The notes under the pieces: model-generated
Seen by the model: the letters and a program-made list of their open reading frames with translations, nothing else
Told to the model about the DNA's origin: nothing
Databases searched by the model: none
Translations under genes and position numbers: made by a program
In this document: positions 52,170 through 61,715 of the stretch, in pieces
How positions within the stretch are numbered: the first letter of the stretch is position 1
Layout: each line of letters starts with the position of its first letter
Source: an uncultured bacterium
GTDB lineage: Bacteria; CAYUVA01
Assembly (NCBI GenBank): GCA_964448115.1
Contig: CAYUVA010000011.1
Span: 1-64,000 of the forward strand
DNA length: 64,000 nucleotides
Reading direction: 5' to 3'

Positions 52170-53060
52170 TCAAACCTCCACGGTTAGCCTTTCGATCTTC
52201 TGAATATCGCTCACTCCGAGTGAGTACTTATCGCTCGATGCCTCGAAAATGTACCTGGGATACCGATTCATATCCTTTAGCGCCGAAATGCCATTCTTCT
52301 CACGCATCTGGCTGATTATCTCGTAAATGACCCGATCAAGGGCAACAGCATCGGTTGATAGCAAAATTGCCCCGTACCTCACGGCATACTGAGGCTTATA
52401 TCCAGGACCGCCGTGATATTGCACCCGCAGGGCATCGCAGATGCATAGCTTCAGTTTACGCTTGATTTCAGGGATGGCAAGCAAATCGCAAAGGTATGGC
52501 GTGCAGTTGTTGTCATGGTACTTGTTGGGATTATTGATGATGCCGTAGAGGTTCTTCATGGCACCGCATACTCCTGACAGGTTGTGATCCTTCATAACTG
52601 GCATACTCACCAGAGCATCGCACTCGGAGACGATGCGGCTAAGCTGTGAGCATAGGTCGCCCTGGATGGTTAAACGAGGCTCATAGCCATAGCCAGCCTG
52701 GTCGGTGCCAAAGCAGCGAACGCCACTTTTACCAGTGTATATCTGATAACCAGCGCCCTTGAGTTCCCTATTAGTGCGGTCGAAGATGATGATGCGATTG
52801 TCTTTCAGCCCTGATGCTACTAATATCTTGGCAAAAGACATGGCAAGTTCGGGATGGGTAGTTAGGTGCCTTCCAGCTATCGGGTTAACCTTGATACCGA
52901 CTGTATGCGAGGCTTTGAAGAGCTTGTTGACAGAATCCTTGGCATTTGACGCCTCGAACAGCCTACACAAGCCCTGGTTAAGCATCGTAGAGAGGACTTT
53001 AGGATCGACATCTTCTCCCTTGAAGGCTTTGCCCGATTTTACTATGACTACCTTGCTCAT
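52170..53060 (-). CDS. DUF362-domain protein
   Basis: VGIKVN, PVMKDH, GAMKNLYG, STDAVALD. Confidence 0.85.
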   Translation of the reverse strand: MSKVVIVKSGKAFKGEDVDPKVLSTMLNQGLCRLFEASNAKDSVNKLFKASHTVGIKVNPIAGRHLTTHPELAMSFAKILVASGLKDNRIIIFDRTNRELKGAGYQIYTGKSGVRCFGTDQAGYGYEPRLTIQGDLCSQLSRIVSECDALVSMPVMKDHNLSGVCGAMKNLYGIINNPNKYHDNNCTPYLCDLLAIPEIKRKLKLCICDALRVQYHGGPGYKPQYAVRYGAILLSTDAVALDRVIYEIISQMREKNGISALKDMNRYPRYIFEASSDKYSLGVSDIQKIERLTVEV

Positions 53061-53142
53061 GGTTATCGTTCAGCGGCTGTTGATTATGGGATAATTGAAA
53101 ACTGAAGCCCTGTCAAGGATAATAAAGAAGGAAAAGGTAATC

Positions 53143-54228
53143 ATGAACATTCTTCACCTAAACTCGGAACCGGCTCTTCGAGGTGGGGAGCGACAGACAC
53201 TCAGCCTCATTAAGTACCTTAATCAATGGGGACATAACTGCCTGTTAACCTGCTCCCAGGGCAGCGCCATTGCACAGAAAGCAAAGGAACTAGGCATCAT
53301 TACTTATGAGATCAAATTTCAGTCAGAATATAACATTTTTACCTTGCTGAAACTTTATGATATTGTAAAACAAAATAAGATCGACCTAATTCATGCGCAT
53401 ACATCGAGAACTGCAACCTACGCCGGCTTGATAGCCAGGCTGCTTTGCGGTAAAAATGTGCGCTGCGTGGTATCCCGAAGGGTACAATTCTCCACCAGGG
53501 GCAATCCGCTGCGCAAGCTCAAGTACCAATGCCTCCCTCATAAGATCATCGCTATCTCCGAGGGGGTCAAGAAGGTGCTCGTTGCTGATGGAATAAGTGA
53601 AGCTAAGATCTCAGTAGTTTACAGCGGCATAGAGCCACAACGCTTTGATGTGGCAACCGAACCTGATTATCTTCAGAGACAGCTTGGCATCCCCAGAGGC
53701 GCCATCATCATCTTGAATATCGCCTACCTGAATCCGAGCAAGGGATTGAAATACCTGCTTGATGCAATGTCAATTCTACTTGGATCCGTGCGCAATATAC
53801 ACCTGGTACAGGTTGGAAGCGGGGAGATGAAACAACGCCTATTGGCTCATGCGGATTACCTTGGCATCTCTCGCCATGTAACCTTTGCTGGACGCAGAGA
53901 GGATATACCACAACTCATGCATAGTTGCGATATTTTTGTCATCTCATCAGAGCAAGAGGGACTGTGTACCTCGATCATGGATGCCATGGTCTGCGCCAAG
54001 CCGGTGGTAGCGACCAAAGTCGGCGGAATACCGGAGATAGTCAAGGATGGGGAGACAGGGTTCCTGGTGTCCCCGCGGGATGCTCAAGCGCTGGCAGACA
54101 AAATAAGGGTTATGCTGCTCGATGATAATCTGCGCAGTGAAATGGGAGCCAAAGGGAGAGAACTAATACTTGATAGCTTCACTGCCGAGAGGATGGCAAG
54201 AAATACACTTGATGTTTATCCAAGATAG
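53143..54228 (+). CDS. GT4-family glycosyltransferase
   Basis: RGGERQ, EGLCTSIMDAM..KPVVATKVGGIPE; likely start 53143. Confidence 0.93.
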   Translation: MNILHLNSEPALRGGERQTLSLIKYLNQWGHNCLLTCSQGSAIAQKAKELGIITYEIKFQSEYNIFTLLKLYDIVKQNKIDLIHAHTSRTATYAGLIARLLCGKNVRCVVSRRVQFSTRGNPLRKLKYQCLPHKIIAISEGVKKVLVADGISEAKISVVYSGIEPQRFDVATEPDYLQRQLGIPRGAIIILNIAYLNPSKGLKYLLDAMSILLGSVRNIHLVQVGSGEMKQRLLAHADYLGISRHVTFAGRREDIPQLMHSCDIFVISSEQEGLCTSIMDAMVCAKPVVATKVGGIPEIVKDGETGFLVSPRDAQALADKIRVMLLDDNLRSEMGAKGRELILDSFTAERMARNTLDVYPR

Positions 54229-54237
54229 TCGAACTAT

Positions 54238-57200
54238 CTACTCAACTACCGGGCTGAATTTTTTTATTACATCGTTATCGCGGTCCGCTATGTAAATATT
54301 ACCCTCAGCATCCATCTCGATTTCGCCGGGGTGATTGAAGAAAGTTTCATTATAAAACACGCTGAATTTATTACTTCTATCATCGCTCACTAACCGGTTG
54401 CCACTCTGATCATAAACCAGTATGCTGTTATCCTCGGTAGCACTTAGAATTATGGAATCAAACCTGTCGATACAAAGCCTGCTTCTCTCATATATCCTGT
54501 TGCAGGGTATGCTCCAGGCTAGGTCCCCATTGGGATTGTATTTCAGGATCAATTCCAAGTCCTTATCCGCTACATAGATATTATCATTGCTGTCGATTGC
54601 AACTGATACCGGGCGTTTGAGGATAACAGGGTTTTTATCGTCATTTCCGATACTTTTTAGGAACTTACCTTGCGGAGAATATATCCAAATCTGGTGAGCA
54701 TTTGCATCTGCAAAATATAGATTCCCCTTGCTATCTGTTGCGATATCCTTTACTACACCAGGATTCTTGCCTTCACCTGTAAAAAACACTCCCAGGTAGT
54801 TGCCCTGTTGATCAAAGCTGTAGATCGCCTGCTGTATCTCCGAGGCGACCAGGATCTGGTTTTCAGGAGCCAAACCGATATTTATGGGTATCTCGAAGCC
54901 TCCATCGCCGTGCCCTTTCTTGCCGAATAGTCTTATCAATTCGCCATTATGAGAGAATATTTTGATCTTATAGCGTGCTCCGTCGGCGACAATGATCTCA
55001 TTATCTTTTGAAATAACGAAATCATGTGGGTCTCTCAGCGAAGCATCATCATGGCCGGTATGTCCATATATCGAGGAGAGAACATATCGATAATTTGTCT
55101 TTCTTACTGGTTCACCTTTTAAGTATGTTGATGGATTGGAGTTAGGATTCAGCCAGTAGTAAGGTATATCCTTCATCGCCCCCTCCCCTACCCCAATTTG
55201 GCACTTCAGGTATGTTCCCACGCTTGCATTCTCTACCAGGATATCCACCTGGTGCAATCCGGGAGACAACATCGTATTCAAAGAATATTCACCAATCTCA
55301 TCAGCAGGCTGAGCCTTATATTCATCGATACTTGCGCTAAGGAACGCATTACACCATAGCTTGAATCGATACCTCTCCAATTTGGGGATATATATGCTGC
55401 CGCTTATACGAATATTAAAACTGGAACCCTCGATGCCTTTCGGTGTCTTATCCCAAAGTATGTTCAAGCTGCTTATCTTGTCGCTATGAATCAACTTATG
55501 CTGTTTTGAATCATAGTATTCGATCTTGAGCGATTGCCTTTTTATTATCGCCTCGTGAGGTATCAAATATGCGATATAGGCTATCTCATGGCTTTTGCCG
55601 GGCAAAGGATTATGCCCCTTGAAATAATGCGCCTCGGGGTAAAACTCCTTTATGTACTTGGGCAAGATATTCAGAGCCATGAAACTAGGGGTAAGCACTA
55701 TGGCTACTCCCTTATCGACCCGTTTGCTGATCGGAAAGACATCCTTTAGCTCAAAGATAGGAAAAGCAGGCGTGGTCTCATGTTTGTATTTGGTAAGGAC
55801 AGGTTCTGAGAAATCATAGCCATAATATCGTATGGTGTCGTGTAACGCGAGTTCCTCAGATACATAAAAGTCATAGTCGGGCAGATGTTTTTTTATAAAC
55901 TTCCCCGCTTCGGTCTTCATGGCGTAATATCCGTAGCAAAACTGCCCATCATGCAATGCCTTCTTGAAGTAATAACGATAATCTTGAACCAATCCAGCCC
56001 CCAGGCTGACCGCGACCAGCAAGACAAATATTCCTGTGCCAGCCTTGGGTAAAATCATTTTTAGAAATTCATGAAGCCATGCATAAAATATTGCTGCGAG
56101 CAAAAATATCATGGGAGTAACGCCAATCATTCGTACATAGCTCGGCACAGATAAAAGTGATGGTAGGCTGGTTCCCCAAAATATGAACAGTAGGAGCATC
56201 ATATCGATTCGACGCCAGTTCTTGAATGCTAGTAACAAGCCGAATGTGAAAGCTATGACCAATGATAAATTCAAAAGCGGTTCTAAGGGGATGAGGAAAC
56301 TACCGGTACCACCCTGGACATAAAATGTCTTAATCCAGTTAGACAAGTTTTCCCACAATGGTGCAAAGCTGCCGACCTGCTTTATTCGGTTTCCCACGAA
56401 CAGGTACTGGGCGCGAGCGCTGGTGAATAATCCCTCCTGGATTGTATAGATTAAAAGCGGTCCATAGCTGACCAGGATTCCCAGAATAACTATGAATAAA
56501 GATCCTATATAGCGGCGGAGAAAACCTCGTTTAGTAAGCGCTAATAAAAGAAACCATCCCAGGACGATCAGGGGAATCCCCTTGCCTGATAGATAGGTAT
56601 GCGTGCATAATCCGATTCCGAGACCACCTAGAAAATAATATATGCGCCTATGCTTGTGGAAACCTAATAATAGAAAGTAAAGCCCGATCAACAAAATGGT
56701 GGGAAGCAGGATTCCACGCAAGCCGGTTCGGCTATAGCTCACATGTCCGGGAAACGATGCCATGAAAAAGGCAGCGATGAAAGCATATCGGTTTCCCAGG
56801 ATTAAACGAGCCAAGAGATATACAAAGATTAATCCAACCATGCCTATCATAACCGATGTTAATCGCATGGAAAGCACCGATACACCATGCATCCTAAATA
56901 CAAGGCTCATTATGAGAAAATATAAAGTCTCCTGACCCCAGTGAAAGTACGAGAAAGGAAGATATGGTCTCCCTTGCATAAAGCCGATCGCCTCCAGGAT
57001 ATTCCATGCTGAGTCGCTATGCAGCCCCGGCGGTATCTCGCTGATTCGATAAAGCCTGAAAAATAGTCCTAAAGCAAGGATTATACAGAATAGTAAAATC
57101 TCGGCTATGATCGGCATTCCTTTAGCCGGTTTTATTACATCCACTTTGGAGTCATAAATTACTATAAAGAGGATGCAAGCTATGGACATGGTTAGTGCGC

Positions 57201-58521
57201 CGGCTAGTATCTTTTCCTGCATTAAAAACAGCTCACCGAGCATTGCTAATGATATGTTTGCAGCTAAAATCAAGAATAGTAGGTGCCTTTTATGACTAAT
57301 AGAATCGCGAAATCTATGTGATAAAGGCTTTCGAGGTGGTAATCGTTCGCTAATCCCGTCCAATAATAGATCCTCGCCTACCACTTCATCGCTATGGTCT
57401 TTGATAAGCGATGTTCGAACTAGTAAAGGCATCAGGATGTGAAATACAAAGATATAAAGGGCTGCCAGGCAAGCTAAACCGAGAAAGTAAACCTTGAAGG
57501 GGAAACGCTCAGGATTGACCCATGACTTCGGCTTATTAAACAAAGGAAACATTATATTAGCCAAGGCTGTTTTTGTTAATTCCCTGGTTGGTTTCCTTGA
57601 AAGCACGGCTATACGGCAGCGAGTAGCATCCACAGCGTAAATCTTGCCCTGCTTGCCAATACAGATCCCGCAGACATAAATAAGGTCGGGTTTCTCCCCA
57701 ACATACCGCAACCAGGACATTTTATTGCCACTTATCCTGGCTGCCTTAATCTCTTTAGCCATCGGAAGGGTTACATAGATGATATCGCCATCTACAGCGA
57801 TGTAGCTCTCTCCCCACTTGTCAACCTCTGTATAAGATAGCTGTGATAAATAATTCCCCTTGTTATCAAATAATTGCAGCCTTCTATTGCCCGTATCGGC
57901 TACCAGAATGTTGCCATTGTCAAATACATGTATGCCTACCGGCTCCATAAGTTGACCGGGCAGATTGCCGCCACCACCAAAAGCTCCCAGAAAGACGCCT
58001 TGCGGGGAGAACCTTTTGATCATCTTATGCCCAGTATCAACGACATATATGATACCCTCCCCATCAAGCGCAATCCCCTTTGGCGCAAAGAAATGACCTG
58101 TAATTTGCATAAGAAATTCACCATGGGGAGAGAATTTCTGCACCCGATGATTCCAGGTGTCTGCTACATAAATATTACCTTGCGAATCGCAGGCAACTCC
58201 TGTAGGGTCACTGAATTGTCCCGCTTCTGCTCCTCTGGAGCCAAAAGATAATTTGAGCCTGCCATCTGGGAGGATTACCTGTATCCGGGCATTCCTGAAG
58301 TCGCAGGCAACAAGCGAGCCATCATGAGAAGAAGCTATCCCTTTTGGCTCATTAAACTGTTTTTCGCCAGTTCCGCAACTACCATAGAAAGCTATTGTCT
58401 TAAATGCAAACAAGGATTCATTAAGCTTTGCTTTAACGATAAAATAAACAACAAATAAAACCATTAAAAATATTGCGAGTAAAAGAATAAAAAATATAAC
58501 TTTATTTTTCCTCAAGTTCAT
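54238..58521 (-). CDS. Fusion protein: NHL-repeat propeller, GT-C (PMT-like) membrane domain, PA14-like domain, second NHL propeller
   Basis: 1427 aa; NHL repeats (FNEPKGIA, YVADTWNHRVQKF) at both ends; central RLYRISEIPPGLHSDSAWN plus many TMs. Confidence 0.85.
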   Translation of the reverse strand: MNLRKNKVIFFILLLAIFLMVLFVVYFIVKAKLNESLFAFKTIAFYGSCGTGEKQFNEPKGIASSHDGSLVACDFRNARIQVILPDGRLKLSFGSRGAEAGQFSDPTGVACDSQGNIYVADTWNHRVQKFSPHGEFLMQITGHFFAPKGIALDGEGIIYVVDTGHKMIKRFSPQGVFLGAFGGGGNLPGQLMEPVGIHVFDNGNILVADTGNRRLQLFDNKGNYLSQLSYTEVDKWGESYIAVDGDIIYVTLPMAKEIKAARISGNKMSWLRYVGEKPDLIYVCGICIGKQGKIYAVDATRCRIAVLSRKPTRELTKTALANIMFPLFNKPKSWVNPERFPFKVYFLGLACLAALYIFVFHILMPLLVRTSLIKDHSDEVVGEDLLLDGISERLPPRKPLSHRFRDSISHKRHLLFLILAANISLAMLGELFLMQEKILAGALTMSIACILFIVIYDSKVDVIKPAKGMPIIAEILLFCIILALGLFFRLYRISEIPPGLHSDSAWNILEAIGFMQGRPYLPFSYFHWGQETLYFLIMSLVFRMHGVSVLSMRLTSVMIGMVGLIFVYLLARLILGNRYAFIAAFFMASFPGHVSYSRTGLRGILLPTILLIGLYFLLLGFHKHRRIYYFLGGLGIGLCTHTYLSGKGIPLIVLGWFLLLALTKRGFLRRYIGSLFIVILGILVSYGPLLIYTIQEGLFTSARAQYLFVGNRIKQVGSFAPLWENLSNWIKTFYVQGGTGSFLIPLEPLLNLSLVIAFTFGLLLAFKNWRRIDMMLLLFIFWGTSLPSLLSVPSYVRMIGVTPMIFLLAAIFYAWLHEFLKMILPKAGTGIFVLLVAVSLGAGLVQDYRYYFKKALHDGQFCYGYYAMKTEAGKFIKKHLPDYDFYVSEELALHDTIRYYGYDFSEPVLTKYKHETTPAFPIFELKDVFPISKRVDKGVAIVLTPSFMALNILPKYIKEFYPEAHYFKGHNPLPGKSHEIAYIAYLIPHEAIIKRQSLKIEYYDSKQHKLIHSDKISSLNILWDKTPKGIEGSSFNIRISGSIYIPKLERYRFKLWCNAFLSASIDEYKAQPADEIGEYSLNTMLSPGLHQVDILVENASVGTYLKCQIGVGEGAMKDIPYYWLNPNSNPSTYLKGEPVRKTNYRYVLSSIYGHTGHDDASLRDPHDFVISKDNEIIVADGARYKIKIFSHNGELIRLFGKKGHGDGGFEIPINIGLAPENQILVASEIQQAIYSFDQQGNYLGVFFTGEGKNPGVVKDIATDSKGNLYFADANAHQIWIYSPQGKFLKSIGNDDKNPVILKRPVSVAIDSNDNIYVADKDLELILKYNPNGDLAWSIPCNRIYERSRLCIDRFDSIILSATEDNSILVYDQSGNRLVSDDRSNKFSVFYNETFFNHPGEIEMDAEGNIYIADRDNDVIKKFSPVVE

Positions 58522-58567
58522 TTAAATAATATTTATGCTAGTATTTTTAATTATCAGTTTTCACATT

Positions 58568-59983
58568 TTAATGGAGATACTTAGCCAAAAACTCCTCGAC
58601 CTCCGGTAATCCACCCTGAAGGATGATATACCCATTAGGTGGCTCTTTATCTGTTATCTCTCCGGCAATAGGATTAAGCATCAGGTTTTTAACCTCTTCA
58701 AGCTCGTGTGTCTGTCCCAATGCCCAGCCTAACTTTACATAAGCAACCTCGGGGAGCATGTTCTGGGCAGGAATTACACCGAGCGCCTGGATATCCCGCC
58801 CAGTCTCGTAAACATTCATGTGCACAAACCCCCAAAGAGTCTGTACGGTCATGTACATGGCAACTTTTTTTTCGTGTGCATATCTCAAGGCTGGGTATAG
58901 AGGCTTATTGACATGTCCCAACCCAGTGCCGGCTATGACTATTCCCTTGTAGCCGAGATCCACCAGGGCAGTGATGATATCAGGATGCATATTTGGATAA
59001 TAATATTGGATGGTTACCCTTTCCTCAAAGGTGGGTATGAGTTTAGGTTTCCTATTTTTATCCCGTTTTCTGTAGTCATGCTTGAGGTGGGTGAAACTCT
59101 CCAGGTTGACCATTGCTAAAGGAATATCGCTAATCGTGCGAAAAGTACTGCGATAGCTTGAGTGCATCTTGCGCACCCTTGTCCCGCGATGAAGTAGAGA
59201 GTAGGTATCACTAGTTGGACCGAACATGCAGACCATAACCTCTGCGATATCTCCATAACCTGCTGTCCAACAGGCGTGCAGGAGGTTATAAGCAGCATCA
59301 GATGAGGGGCGATCGCTGCTTCGTTGGCTGCCGACTAAAACGACCGGTACCGGCAGGTCTTGAACCATGAAGCTCAAGGCAGCCGCTGTATGATGTAGGG
59401 TATCGGTGCCATGTCCAATGACAATACCGTCAACACCCTTCTCGATCTCTTCTACTATTGATTTTGCCAAGGTGATGTATGCAGATGGGGTCATATTTTC
59501 ACTGAATATCCCAAATAACTTCTTGGTCTCAATATTGCAGATATCGGCTAGCTCCGGCACCGCACCGTATAATTCGCCGGGGGAAAATGCAGGTATCACC
59601 GCTCCGGTACGATAATCGAGCCGACTGGCTATTGTGCCACCAGTCCCTAGTAAAGTGATCTTAGGCTTATGTGTATCGTATGGAAACTGCTTTTCCGGTA
59701 TGCGATAGTTCGCCTTTCGATAGTCCAATACTTTTACATCGATGATAGACTCAGCCAAAACGCCTGTGTTATAACCCGATTCCAGCTTCATAACTATGTG
59801 CATGTCATCATCGTTCTCGCTTCTTGGCAATATTACTCCGCTGAAACAGCCTTTATTGGTAACAAACTCGACCACCATCCAGACAACTACACCGAGCTTT
59901 TCCATTATCTGCCTGGTCTTGCCTCTGTAGCCTTTATAATTTTCGCCCTCGTCGTTGGCAACCTCAAAGCCATGTAGTCTCAT
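58568..59983 (-). CDS. gatD: Glu-tRNA(Gln) amidotransferase subunit D-like glutaminase (archaeal type)
   Basis: N-terminal domain with KLESGYNTG, then GTGGTIASRLDYRTGAV, HGTDT, GSQRSSDRPSSDA, RKMHSSYR, GTGLGH; likely start 59983. Confidence 0.88.
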   Translation of the reverse strand: MRLHGFEVANDEGENYKGYRGKTRQIMEKLGVVVWMVVEFVTNKGCFSGVILPRSENDDDMHIVMKLESGYNTGVLAESIIDVKVLDYRKANYRIPEKQFPYDTHKPKITLLGTGGTIASRLDYRTGAVIPAFSPGELYGAVPELADICNIETKKLFGIFSENMTPSAYITLAKSIVEEIEKGVDGIVIGHGTDTLHHTAAALSFMVQDLPVPVVLVGSQRSSDRPSSDAAYNLLHACWTAGYGDIAEVMVCMFGPTSDTYSLLHRGTRVRKMHSSYRSTFRTISDIPLAMVNLESFTHLKHDYRKRDKNRKPKLIPTFEERVTIQYYYPNMHPDIITALVDLGYKGIVIAGTGLGHVNKPLYPALRYAHEKKVAMYMTVQTLWGFVHMNVYETGRDIQALGVIPAQNMLPEVAYVKLGWALGQTHELEEVKNLMLNPIAGEITDKEPPNGYIILQGGLPEVEEFLAKYLH

Positions 59984-60140
59984 GCTTACACCTTTCTTAA
60001 AAACAGATATACCTAAAAAGGCATATAATCTTATCATATTCTTGCCTGCAATCGAAGCTGGTAAGAGCCTATATTAAGGACAGCAACCTTTGACAAACCT
60101 TTGCTGATGTTGAATAAATAACCTGGCGGCGAGGTTTGTC

Positions 60141-61565
60141 ATGCTATTGATCGATCCCATACCACCTCATACATCGATGGGACCTCATCTCGGAATGGGG
60201 ATAATATCAGCCTGCGCGAAAAAGGCTGGAATAGAGAAAGTCGAGTTTATCGATGGCGGATTGGAACATTCGATCAAGGGATTGAACGATCATGCATTAG
60301 AAAGAGCTGGACACCATGACATCATCGGACTCACCTGCAATGTACAAAGCATGCCTAATGCACATCGTCTAGGCAAGCAACTTAAACAGAGATATCCGGA
60401 CAAGCTAGTAATCATGGGCGGTCCCTATGCGTCGGTAACCTACGATAGCATCCTTCCCGAGGCGGCTGACATCGTTGTGATCGGCGAAGGGGAGATCACA
60501 ATCCAAGAGATCCTTTCAGGAAAACCGCTTGATCAGATCCCTGGCATCGCTTATTACGATGATGGAATTCAATTAACCAAGCCGCGAGAGCTGCTTGAGG
60601 ATCTCGATTCCCTACCTTTGCCTGACATGGATATCTACCAGGTGGACAAGTATCGGGTATTGCAGACCGGTCGGCGCTTCATGGTTACTATGACCTCAAG
60701 GGGGTGCATTTATAACTGCGCCAATTGCTATCGAGGTCCTTATCCGCGCAAGATGCGCACCCGCTCAATAGACAGCATCATGAATGAGATCGATATGCTT
60801 TACAACGATCATGGGATCAGGGAGATCCACCTTTACGACGACCTTTTGACTTATCGGTTTGATAGGCTTTATGAGCTTTCCGAGCGCTTGGGGGAACGAC
60901 AATATGATCTTAAGTTTGCTGTTTTGAATGGCCTGAAGGCTGATCTTGAGTATGATGAGTTCTTTCGGCGATTTTCCGAGGTCGGTCTTTATTATATTAC
61001 CGTTGCAGTGGAGTCAGGCGATCAAAACATTCTGAATCGGCTCTCCAAGAAAACCGATATAAGCAAGGCATATAGGACCTGTGAAACTGCGCGTAAATAT
61101 GGCATCCAGGTGCTTTGTTTCTATATGTGGGGAACTCCCTGGGATACTCCTGAGAGCCTTAAGAAGACCATCGAATTCGCGGTTAGCCTCCCTTGCGATT
61201 ACGCCCAATTTTATATGGCTGTCCCTTTTAAGGGCACCGGGATGCGAATGATAGTGGAGAAGAAGGGAAAAATGCTTCAGGATCCTGATATACTTGGGTC
61301 GGTTTATAATTATGGCAAGCCTTTCTTTGAGATGCCACAGCTACCTGCCGAGGTTACCGAGCGCCTCTACAAGGTTGCCTACCAGCGCTTTTACATGCGT
61401 CCCCGCATCATTATCAATTTTCTTAAAAGGGTACTTAAAAGCCCTATTCGTAGGGATTACTTCGCAGAGTTTGCTCGTCATTACTGGAACATACTCAAGT
61501 GGTACCCGATCTTTCTCGGATTTCGACATCTAAAAAGATTCCTGAAGAGGTTTATGCAAAGATAA
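60141..61565 (+). CDS. B12-binding radical SAM protein
   Basis: Cobalamin-binding N-domain (VIMGGPYAS, VVIGEGE), TSRGCIYNCANC, AVESG. Confidence 0.9.
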   Translation: MLLIDPIPPHTSMGPHLGMGIISACAKKAGIEKVEFIDGGLEHSIKGLNDHALERAGHHDIIGLTCNVQSMPNAHRLGKQLKQRYPDKLVIMGGPYASVTYDSILPEAADIVVIGEGEITIQEILSGKPLDQIPGIAYYDDGIQLTKPRELLEDLDSLPLPDMDIYQVDKYRVLQTGRRFMVTMTSRGCIYNCANCYRGPYPRKMRTRSIDSIMNEIDMLYNDHGIREIHLYDDLLTYRFDRLYELSERLGERQYDLKFAVLNGLKADLEYDEFFRRFSEVGLYYITVAVESGDQNILNRLSKKTDISKAYRTCETARKYGIQVLCFYMWGTPWDTPESLKKTIEFAVSLPCDYAQFYMAVPFKGTGMRMIVEKKGKMLQDPDILGSVYNYGKPFFEMPQLPAEVTERLYKVAYQRFYMRPRIIINFLKRVLKSPIRRDYFAEFARHYWNILKWYPIFLGFRHLKRFLKRFMQR

Positions 61566-61653
61566 CCCAATCGGAGTTTATCTTGCTTGGACCGATTAGA
61601 TAAATTGCATCACTACATTCCAGGACTTTTTACGATCATTTTTTATAAAGACT

Positions 61654-61683
61654 CTTGACAAGAACTCACTCAAGTATTATATT
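61654..61683 (+). promoter_or_regulatory. dnaK sigma70 promoter overlapped by a HAIR-like inverted repeat
   Basis: TTGACA (61655-60), 17 nt spacer, TATATT; CTTGACA-N7-ACTCAAG (61654-61674) versus HAIR CTTGAGT-N7-ACTCAAG. Confidence 0.7.
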
Positions 61684-61715
61684 ATAGTCGAACTAAGAAA
61701 CGAGGAGGACTGAAA

